Assembly (NCBI GenBank): GCA_018830005.1
Contig: JAHJTE010000003.1
Span: 265,674-302,651 of the forward strand
DNA length: 36,978 bases
Reading direction: 5' to 3'
Source of the DNA: Candidatus Omnitrophota bacterium
GTDB lineage: Bacteria > Omnitrophota > Gorgyraeia > JAHJTE01
The first letter of the stretch is position 1. The number at the start of each line of letters is the position of its first letter. Of this stretch, positions 20,801 to 32,800 are shown piece after piece. The notes beneath the pieces are model-generated. The model had not been told where the DNA came from, did no database searches, and worked only from the letters and a program-made list of their open reading frames with translations. The position numbers and the translations under genes were made by a program.

Positions 20801-23800
20801 CTTTTGACTATCCAACGAATAAGTGGATCATTTTCTTCGCAAAACTGTGCTGAGGCCGCTTTATCACCTCTTCTTACCTTTCTAATTAACATCCTCCTTC
20901 TCAGCTCATTAGTATCAATATTTGCTATTATGGTTGCCAAGTTAGGGTATTTCTTAAAAACCTCTTTAATTGAATAGCTCGAAAGTCTCAATAATATCCT
21001 TTCGTTTCGCTCAAAGGCTAACCTAATAGTTATTGCCAAAAGAATATCTTCCTTTAGAAAAGTCCTGAGCCTTTGCGCTTCTACTAACCCCTTGCTATCC
21101 TTGACGCTTAATTTGTATACTGTCGTATTAAAATTTGCGCTTCTTAAGTCCTTTAGCTTGACTGCTAATACAGGCAGGCCTGATAATTTATCAAACCAAA
21201 GCGCCAAAGGTTCATTCTTTATGCCGATATTGCGGTGAAAATTGCAATCTACGCCATCAACGCGGTGCTGTCTTCTTAAATGCCCTCTTGAATTAGTGTA
21301 TGCGCCTTCGGATCGGATATACTTTGCGCCGTATTTATTAAACATCTCTTTTATCTCATCGGGACTCGGAAAGCCTTTCTTGGTGCTATTTAGAACATTC
21401 CCATGTTCATCAAAAGTAACAGCATACTCAAATACATCTATATCTGGCCGCAATACTAAATAGTCTTTAAGTTTCTGGCAATATAATAGCCAAAATTCTC
21501 CATTTACTTTTTCAAACCAAGCAACCATTCTATCGCCTTCTTCAAATTTATCTCTATCCAAGATATAAAAAACGAAATTAAACCATATTCCGACCATTCC
21601 TTTTCTTTCCTTAGCCTTTAAGTTCATATGCCTGACTACAGAATGGTCATCAAGCTCTCTATAGACTTCGGTCTTTCTATCGCCAATACATATTAACTTA
21701 TCTTCTTCTGTAATGTTTCTCTGCAAATATGTAAGCCTATGGCTTTCTAGACTTGTTTCAAATTTATCTATATTGCTTACGGCAATGAACTCTAAGGGAG
21801 CTGTATCTACATTAAATACCAGAATTAAATCATCGACGGTACCAGTTTTTCTCAATTGCTCATTGCAAGGAAAATTAAATCTGCCTTGGTTATCAGTAGA
21901 TGTTATTACAACATTTTTAGTTAATTTTATGTTCTTAGGGAACTGAGCCCTATATACGGAAATTAAGTTTCCATCTATATCAAATATCTCGCTGTAAATT
22001 TCTCCTTGCCTAAGGTAATCCTGAAACAGACCCTTAAGTTCACTGAATTGTATTGTTTGGTTCTTCCATTTAACATTTCCTTCTCTATCTAGGCTAAATC
22101 TTTCATTGACGCATAGATTACCTAAGATACGCGCATAGCCCTTTAGATATTTAGTTGCGATGTTTCCTTTCCCCCTTAAATCCTCAACCGCTTTTAAACA
22201 TTTATCGATATACTCAGAGTCTTCAGAGCAGTCTTCAAGTATTAAAGTTTTGCGAATCAATTTTTCTCCAGCTGAATTCTTAGTAATCAATATAGCTGTC
22301 TTGGCATGCGCAAATAGTACGGATGGACTTTTGCCTAAGACTCTTAGTAGTCTACCATGTCTATTTACAGTCACGCCTAAGACATATAAACCGCTATGGC
22401 CTTCATCATCCATAAGCCTATTTATCATTTCGTCTCTTGATTCAGGATATTTTTTGAACTTGTTACCTGCTCTTAATGCAGGAAGCTTTCCTAATTTTTT
22501 CCCTGTTTCTGCATCAATAAAGACTAACTTGTCGTCCTCGGCCAATTCAATCAGATCCTCTCTTGTTAATCCTGCTCTTAAAGATCGAGGCTGGACATCT
22601 GCCAGCTGTCTGTAAAATCTTGGTTTTAAGCCTAACAATATCTTCCTGGCAAACCTATCTATCTCATAATTGCTGCCGTCAAGGAATGATTTTAATATTG
22701 GTATGAATTCCTTCATTCGGTCGTCTCTTTGGGCTTGAATTAGGGCGTTTTGGATAAGGTGTTTGAGGGGTGGGTTTGCTTTTTGGGTATGCTGGGTGTC
22801 TCCCAGACAGGTTAGGCGCTTGAGGGAAGCTATGTGGTCTGACTGCCATGCCTCTTGGACCTCTTTAGCCAGGGCTTCTGATTCGGTTTTATCTTCTTTT
22901 GCGCCTTGTAGGTGGCTTAATTCGTAGTTTATGACTTTCTCGGATACCGAGAGTCCTAATAAGGTTACGGGTATATAGGCGCCTGCTTTGACTTTGCCCT
23001 TTGCCTTGTGAATTGTAACGGCATTTAAGAATATATCCTGGGTAAAATACCAGATGTTTGGTTCTGTTGTGCCTAATATAAAGTAGAAATTCTCTTGTTC
23101 TAGTGTCCTAGCTATCTCAGGGTCTATCCGGTCTTTTACCTTTTTGGGAAGGTCTTTGTATCTAACTACATGTCCTCCGGCCCATGCTTTCCCTAGCTCA
23201 TAATAAGTCCTGTCTTCATACTCCTTATACATCTGGCCGTTGGCTTTGAGTACCCCCATGGCGCAAGGTTCCAGAATAGTAGCGGTATCCATATCCTTAA
23301 ATCTCAAACTAGCAAAATTGGAACCCTTCTCCCTGGCCATATTAATCTGTATACACGCAGCAAGCAGTCGTAATTCTGGAATATAATACGTACGATTACT
23401 CTGATAACTATCAAAGTCGTCCTCTAATCTGCCTAAGGTTAAGATTTTATTGGCAATTACTTTTAGAATTATCTTGAATAAATTATAACTGTTGCCATTT
23501 AGGCAGCCATTATCAACTAAGGCGAAGGCACGGCTTAAATCATATTTTATTTCACTTCTTAAGCTTTCTATTCCTGCTGGAATTGTTCCCTTCTTTCTTC
23601 TAATCTCTTTCTTAATTAAGGCTAATCTATTCTCTAGCCTATGAATGGTTCCGTAATCTAATACATTGGCTAAATTAAATGTAAATTCTACCTCCCCGAC
23701 TATTTTTAGAGCTCGTTCGAATTCAGTAGGATCTGCTTTTCTTAATATAGCTTCAATCTGTTTCAAATGTAATTCTATGTCTCCTAATAAACCTTGTTTC

Positions 23801-26800
23801 CAGAGCCTAACCTGTACAGGCTCTATAATTTTTAGTTTATCGTAGAGTCTATCTAAGAGCTGCAAAATAACTATCCTTGAACCAACCGTATTTGAGCCCT
23901 GACTGACAAAATTTCGCTGATAAACATCAAAAGCCTCTTGGGCCAAATCTAACTCAGAAAGCCCAAAACCTTCTGATACCTTGCTAACATTATTTGTTTT
24001 TTCCAAGAGTCTTAAGACTCTACGGCTATATTTTATAAGCCTTACACCTCTGCCATTACCATTGCCCATATATCCATTACCATTGCTTAATGGTAACTCA
24101 TAGCCTATCTGCATAGCTCTCTTTCTTAGAATTTCAATACAGCTTATATTTAACGCCTTCTCAACATCTGCCTTATATCCGTCATTCTCGGCCAATCTCT
24201 TAAAGATAATACTAAGGCCTTCTATTACAGAATCCTTGAAAAATCCTGAATCCTTCATAAGCTTACTCACTACCAGATTGATTCTATCCATTATTGCGCG
24301 TTGACTGAGACCAAAAATACGGGCTAATTCCTTATATTCAAAGTTAAATGCAAAGCGTAGATATAGAGTCCTTAAATCTTCAGTTCGAAAATCAAGTAGA
24401 CTCCTGCTACAGGACTCTGCCAAAGGTCTAAGCAAATGGTCTGCCATGGTCTTATCAAACGGCGTATTACTGTTTCGCCCTTGTGCTACCTGTCTAATTC
24501 TTACAAGCAATAATCTTCTTTGCCTACGTACTTCTTTGACTACCTGATTTACTAAACAATTGTGTCTGGGTGTGAAATATTTTTTAGCCCCTTTAAACAA
24601 TCTATCTATCTGCTCTTCTTTATACTCATACAGAAAATCTCTGTAAATATTCCTTAGGTAATCATCGTCTAAATCAGAACAAACTTCACTTAACACCTCT
24701 TTAAAGTCTCTCCTCAATTGAGGAGTAATATTTTCTGCATATGTCAAGCCTCTTATAGTTTCACCTAATCTTTTGCTAATCGATGTAAAAGTAGCATTAA
24801 ATAAACTACCAGTTACCACAATTGGAACCCTTTCTTTTATCCTGACGTAGAAAATAGCCTGCCATTTAGATGGTAATTCCATAAATGCATGGCGCACTTT
24901 ATTCTTATTGTATATTTCTATTCTTGCTGCTAACCAGAAACATGCATCTATTCGCCTCTCAAGCCTTTTTGCCCTGACTATACTATTCTCTCCCACTGCT
25001 ACGAAAAGTTCTTTACTGAATGTTTTAATTATTTTTCTAATGCCGTCTGTTGTATTGTATTTAAAAGCCCTCTCTGGAAGAGCTGCCTCGATCTCTTGTA
25101 AATGATCTATATTAGGTAGATAGATATCTCCTTTTAACAAGCTAATATTAATATCTACTACTCTTTTCAAATACATATATTTTGCAGTCAGAGCTAAAAC
25201 CTTATTCCAAGAATTTGCATTTGCTAATAAAGAATTGACCTCAACAAATTTCTTCTCTATCAGGCACGAAAACATTCGTTCGAACCTAGTCTGATTATGT
25301 CCTTCTTTTTTGACGTCAGAGCTAGCTAACAGCAATCGATTTTCTAAAGATGAAAATATAACAAGTTTTGTCTGTAGGTCTTTTTCTTCTTCGCAAAGAC
25401 TAGCCAAGATGGGCAGCCAAAGCAAATCTCTATCAATGACCTTATTAAAACTCTCTGCTAGTACTTCAATGCTGTCTAATGTTGTTGCATCCCTAAGCTC
25501 AAAGATTAATTTAGTTAAATTTGCAACTCTCCTATCCCAATCTGAGTCTGGTATTAATTGATAATAAATTTCTAATATTTCCTTTTTCGAAGAGGCAGTA
25601 TATTCTAGGGTCTTATCGCAAATTGCAGATCCTATTTCCTCTATCTCTTTGCTATTTCTATAGTTAAATAAGCCCTTACGAAACTCTATGTCTATTTGTT
25701 CTGCCATCATTAATTGACTATATCTAATTATCAAGTCAACAACTTCTCTGTAGTCTACTACCTTTTCTAATAATATCTTAATATTATTAATTTCACTCTC
25801 TATGGCCTCATGCATATCTATTCTTAAATTGACAATTTCATCTGAATGATTGCCAAATTTAAGTAAGTCTAGCTGGTTACGCAAGAGTATGAATATTATA
25901 AGCTTGATTGATAAGTCTTTTTCTGCCCCATAGACTTCTTTCAATATCGAAATTGACTCACAACCTAAATCCTCACTGAGCCTGTTAAAAATTTCCCGAA
26001 TCCTACCTAAATCATTAACTCCTCTAAGTGAATCAAGCGGACCCAATCTCTCTTTAAGGTTATTAGATAAAGTTCCTATATCGCCAATATCATCAATCCT
26101 TCCTAATGGGGTGAACAAATCCAAGGCCACCTTTATTAAGTGGGGGTATTTACTTAAGACTTCCTCTATAGGTGAGACTAACAACCTTCCTAATAATTCC
26201 CCTCTTCGCTTTAGCTCTAATCTGACATGCTTGGCTAAAGGAATCTCTTCAACTAAGAACTCTTTCAAGGTTACCTTTTGGACAAGACCCCTGCCTTCTT
26301 TAACACTTAACTTGTATGCTGTCGCATCATAATTGGCAGCTCTTAAGTCTTTTAATCTCATAGCTAATTGTGGTAGACCGCTATATTTATCCATCCAAAC
26401 AGCTAATGGTTCTTTTTTAAGCCCAATCCAATAATCAATATAATCCCCACTTCCTTTCGATGTACATATTTTCAATGTTCCTTCCAAAGTAGTAAGGCGA
26501 TTTTCAATTCTAAGTTCATCTGTATTGTATTGTTTAAACATTGTCTGTATCTGAGCAGGCGTCGGGAAACGATGATAAAATGTCTCAAATACATTGCCTC
26601 CGCTACAAGCTGATACATACTCTCCTACATAAGCATCAAAATGACATGCTTCATAATCTTCAAGCTTCATATAATATAAAAGTAATAATCTGCCATTTGA
26701 CTTTACAAACCAAGCTACTGCAGAATCTCCATATTTGAATTTATTGCTATCTAAATTATACATTTCATAATTAAAATGTATCCTGGCAGGCTTTTTAACC

Positions 26801-29800
26801 TCTAAATTCTTGGCTCTAATAATACTGCCATCGTCAAGCTCTTTAAATACTTCGCTCCATTCAATGCCTTCATCTCTCCAGATTAGATTATCTTGCTCGC
26901 CTAAATTCTTCTGTAGATAAACTGCCGCACGCCTTCTGCCAGATACGCTTAAATTACTTATCTCAATAGTCTCTTTCGGGATCAATCCTTCACTAAAAAC
27001 TAGGATTAGACCATTAATAATGTGTGTAAAATAGTACTTTCTTTTAGCGCCAAAGATGAATTGCCCGTTATTGCCAGTAGAGATAATTGCACTATTCTCG
27101 CTTAATTTGATATCTTCCGGAAATTTATAAAGGTATGTTGCAATTATTGATCCTTGCATATCAAATATCTCATTATAAACAAACTCACTTTCAAGGCATG
27201 CAGTTAGTATTTCTTCAAGTTCTCCAGCTGATATTGTTCTAGCTTTACCTCTAATGTTGCCTTTTTTATCTATGTTAAGTCTTTCTCTGTAAAAGATATT
27301 CCTTAGAATAATTGGATAACCGCTCAAGCTTTTAAGCTTAATCTCTATTTGTTTTGGCAAATTATTTATTGCCGTCGCACATAGTTTAATATATGCCTGG
27401 TCCTCAATTATCGATGCGCTACGAATCAACTTCGTACTATCAAAACCTCTGGTTATCATTAGGCTTGTCCTTGCCGAAGCAAAGTAAACACTCGAATTGT
27501 AATCCCAAAGCCGAATCTTTCCATCTTCATCTGTAATCACGCCGTTTATTAAAAGATTATTGTAACCTTTCTCATCCATAAGTTCATCTATCTTATCCTC
27601 TATCATCTTTTTAGGCCGCTTGAAACCACCAGGGAGAGATATCTCTCCAACTTCTGCACCGGTTAGAGTATCAATAAAGATTATATGATCATTTCTTAGC
27701 CTGCGCTTGTATTCTTCAAGTTCTTCTTCTGTTGGCAGCAGCCTTTCAGGAATATCCTCTATAAAGTCGGGGAATGCCTTACTTAATTCTCTTAACTTAG
27801 CCCTCACAAACCTATCTATCTGGTAATTACTACCACCCAGGTAGAGTTTTAAGATTTTGATAAGTTCTTTCATCTTCACAGTATCTGTCTCTGCTACAGC
27901 TAGGGCATTTCGGATAAGGCGTTTGAGGGAAGGGTTTGCTTTTTGAGTGTGTTTGGTATCAGCTAGGCAGGTTAATCGCTTAAGGTTAACTCCTCCAGCC
28001 AGCATGCCGGCGATTAGCGTGTTGTGTGCTACGAAGTCCTGAGTGGTTCGACAGAACTCACCATAAACGAGCGAAGCGAGTCGAAGGATGAGTTCTGAGT
28101 TCTGGGCTAAAAGCGCAAGACCCAAAGCGCAAAGCGCAACAGCTAACATTAAAAACATTGTGCCAAAAAGCATGGAACTACGCTTTCTCTCAGCTTGGGT
28201 GTTATTGCGCAAATACGCATCAAATTGGCCTGAAGCGGACATGGCTTTAACATCACTCCAGAAATAAACCCGAATTTGCTCATCTTTAAAATCACAATTA
28301 GAACCATTTCTTAACCTTGTAGAGCCGTCAAAATAGAAGGAATATTTAAGGTTGAACTCTTCCCTATCTAAATATTCTCTTTGATCTTTAGAGATTGTTT
28401 GTGCTAACAACTCTAGATCTGCCCTCTTCACAATACCTTTATTCTGAAATGCAAGATCACGTATACAGTAGAGCAATGAATCTGGCCAAGGTCGGCTTAT
28501 ATCAAGATAAAATGGGATGTGAATTTCGCAAATATCTTTCTCTGAAGAGAATATTCTATTAAAGGCTTTTGAAATATGTTTAAATGTTGTAAGTAAACAA
28601 TATTCTATAGCTCCGCCAATAAGGACAAAATTATTCTGATGACTCTTCTTGAACACTTTGTCTAACCATCTTAAATCCAGCCACTTTAGTAGTAGCAATT
28701 TATTAACATCTGTAAATTCAAATTGTTTTCCCAGCGCTTCTGCGCTATCGCTAATATCATGAACCTGAACTAAATGTAATGGATGCATGGCTGTCCTTAT
28801 ATGATCATAAGCCTTATTAGATATTAATATCCCACCCAGGCCGGCGGTTAATGGGCTGTCTGTCCCGAGTGGCTGTAAGGAGTCTAGAGATGGTAGGTCC
28901 TGAGTCGCTTTTTGGCTCTGTATCTCTATTAATTTTTTATTTGTAATCCGTTGTGAAGGTGTTTGTAAATCTTCAGAGTAACTATAAAATCCAAAACAGT
29001 ACACTGCGCTACTATTTTTTGTATCAAAGGTGATGTCGGTAAAGGTGGTACATAAAGAAGGAAATAACAATCTTATATTTTTATAGCCCTTACTGGCTAA
29101 ATGATTAATTATTCTTCCTCGAAATGCAAATAATTGCCTATTGTGTTCTAATTGGAAATCATCGAATAATGCCAAGCCGCCAGCATGAACTTCTATTTCC
29201 TCGCCGTTGCCCATATCCTCATATGCAATATCTATCAATCTAATTGCCTCGTCTAATTCTACCCTCCTTTTATGGATAGGATATGTCCTCTTATTCTTAT
29301 GATTATGAATAATAACGAACACACATGGCCCTACGGAGAACCTAAAAGGTTCTTGATCGTCTATTAAGTATTTATCCGTGGCTAACGGCATTGTAACATC
29401 TGCAATTGCATCATAAGTCCTCCCTAAGCCAGTCCCACCTATACCAACAAACTCTCTGTCCTTTTCTTTATCAAGCATAATTTCAGTATTATCAACCACT
29501 AAGATTACTTTTTGAGAGTCATCAAGACTTCTATGAGTACAAACAGCAATGCAGGTAAAGACCAATAGCTCTAAAGCAATTATAATCAGAGCAGTATGAA
29601 AACTCCCTGGGCCGGCTAAATTCAAAGTCTGCGCCTGGCCTGATGCGCTAGAGAATAAATCGACAATCCCTATAGTTAACCAGAAAGACAATATCAACCC
29701 ATGTATTAAGTCATTATCGAGTTTTTTAATTTGGGTAATCGCTACTATTCTAAACACCTTATTAATTACTAAAGACTTATTACCAAGCAGCATTTGTATA

Positions 29801-32800
29801 TAATCTCTTAACTCCTTCCTTGTCTCATTATTACCTTTACCTAAAATCTCTGAGAGAAATGCCTTACAGTATCTATAAGCAAGGGCTTGAAAACCTCCAT
29901 CAATAGCTAAGGCTAAAAGTATTGCCTTTAAACGATGCAGACTATTTATATCTTTAAGCATAGCCAAGGCCTGATCATAGTTTTGCCTCTTGGCTTCTCT
30001 GGTAAAAGGAAGACTCGGCATAACTCTATTATTGGTTGACTTTCTCTCATATATTGCTAAGTCCTCAACAATCTCAGGATAAATTGATACTCTTCTTAAA
30101 TTTTTAAAGTGAATCTTATCCAGGCAAGGCATGTATATGACTAATATTGATTCCTGGCCTAAGCCGGACACAGCATCTACCTTATTCAATAAATTATCTT
30201 GACGCTCTGACCTATCATAATAATAGAATATTAGTCTGAATCCGCTAATATCAAAACTCATATCCGTAAGGTTTGCCAAATCCAATATCCGTACCTCTTC
30301 TTTTGGCGAAAATTTTGGCAAGACGGTTTTAACAACACCTTTGTTAAGAATGCTTCGGATATGATTAGGGGGTACGTCGTAAGTTTCTAATAAATTACGT
30401 GGTAGCTGTCGAGGTGAAATCTTCTGGCGATTATCATTCATCGCCGCTAGAAAAACAACCCCAGTGCTACTTGTGTCCCAGTTAGGCAGGATATCAAATA
30501 CAAGATTCCAGATAGTAGGCACTAAGATAAGACCTACAGCAATTATCAAAAACAGGCTGCCGAGAGTGATGAAACCCCTGTTGCCATCTTTATGTTTTGA
30601 CTTATTTTTTAAAGGTGGTATTATTTCTTCATAGCTGTAATGTCGGACATTGGGATGACCTTTTCTACCGGTCCAACCAACGCCTATTTCACATGGGTAT
30701 CCTTTATATATACTGCTGCGATAATCACTGCCAATGGTATATGTCTTCTGGTCATTAGGATGTTCTTCGTTCCACTTCTCTATAAGAGCCAGAAGATGAA
30801 TTCTGTCTCTGGTTCTGTACAATTTATGGTCAATTTCCAGACCGTCAAGCCCCCTCTTAAATAATTCAAATATTTTTTCATCGCTAGCATCTTCCTTCTT
30901 CTTGCCGAAAGCTCCCGGATGCGCATAAATAACAACACCACCAAATCTATGGGCCCAATCTATTACTTCTTGGACAGATGAATAACGCTTAGGTTGTGTC
31001 TGAATTAAATCTTGCATATTCTCTTTAAATTCTTGCAAATCAGGAAAATAAACTAGCATATCTCTCATAGAATCTTGATCCTTGGTTCTGATTTCAAGGC
31101 CTGGTATAATTTCCAGACTCGTGCCTTTTACTGCTTTTAGAGCTTCTCTAAAAGCAGTAAAACTAAATCCGTCCTTGAGATGGTCAACAATAGCGATGGC
31201 TTTTAATCCCTTTTTCAAGGCTTGGCTAACAATATCTATAGGGCTCAAATCACCGTTGTCAAAGCTTGAGTGTATATGCAAATCTACTTCATTTACTGAA
31301 GCAATGCGTTTTTCCTCTACCCCAGATACAAGTAGCCGGTCCATGCTTGTAGAATTCGTATCTGTCTTTTCATCAAAGACGCCGGCAAATGACTGCCACT
31401 TTCCTGTTCTCAGATAAATTGCATACTCAGTTAAGCGGATCAAGAGATCCTTTAGCAGGCCTTCAAGTTCATTTAATTTAAGGTCTACCTCTCCTTCACG
31501 CACATGCGTATTCTTACTAATAAAGCTCTTTAATTGCTTAAGCGAACTCTTTAGGTCAGTAACTATTTCAGAAACAGATGGTTTTTGCTTTGCTACCTTA
31601 TTTATTTTCTTGCTTATTTTATGTTTTCTGATTAGTTTGAAGCTCTGCCTTAAGGCTCCTATCCAATCATATTCTTTAGGAAAGATACGTTTCTTTTTAA
31701 TAAAAGTCTCTTTTCTTAAGTCTTGGATATGCTGATTTGCCCCATCTATATATTTATAGATTTTTTTCAATACAAGAATCGTCTTTTCTGACTCAGGTAT
31801 CTCACCAAATATATCTTCAAATATTTTCTTAGCTCGGTACTCTGGATTATGCCTGCGTTTCTCTAAAATTGGTTGACGTATTCCACATACAACTATTGCA
31901 ATACATGCTAACCCAAATGCTATGAGTAATATATTTTCAAAAATAGATAAAGGGAAAAAATTAAACATCACACCCGAAATTATAACAGCGGTAACAAAAC
32001 ATATGCTGAAGTGTGTTGAAATTAATCTGCCAAAATTCTTTAGGAATAAACGTATTGAAAATCGTTGGCCTGCTTTTTTATCAGATGCAGAGAAAGTATC
32101 ATATACTGCAAATAGCAGGTTAAGAATAGCCCAAGCGCCTAGATAAGGAGAGATATGTTGCAAAAATCCTTTCATAGCAGGACTTAGCGCCAGCGGCAAG
32201 CTGTCTAATAATCTGCTTAATAATAAATCTACGTCCTTAAGACTAGAGAGAATAGATAGGGTAGGCGTAAGGTAAGAGATGAAAGATAAGGGAACAAAAC
32301 TATGAACTATGGTATTGACTAGATAAAGTGGCGGTGCCTGCGGCTGCAGTATGTCTGTAAGTATTTCCTGCGTATGGCCAGTCTCAAAGCTAAATAACCA
32401 CGCCACTAAAACCGTACACAATATTAATGCCAATTTAGCAAGGCTAATAAGCTGCTTGGGATTTGTAGTTTGCGTTTCTTTAGAAGCAGGTAAAGGCCTG
32501 GGGTTGAACTTGTCCCTGTCCAAAGGAAGCCCTGAGAAAACCTTAATAAGGCAATCAATGTGAGAACCGCAAAAATATGGTGCTTTTCTGTCATCTCTTG
32601 CACTGCTTAATCCTAAGACCTCAAAGTGGGCGCTGCTAATTTGGTAGATCCACTGCATTAATATACTCTTCTCTTCTTCTGAGAGTCTGCTAAGATTATC
32701 ATAAGCTTCAATGATATGAGGTGTTTCCCTACTGAGTACCTCCCGAACATTGCCTATGCCTTGCGCAATTCCATCTTTCCATCCATATCTTTTAATCCAA

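Noticed and set aside
29720-30440. Possible methyltransferase-like domain (VRILDLA)
   Set aside because: Single weak motif without the glycine-rich loop; not enough to call.
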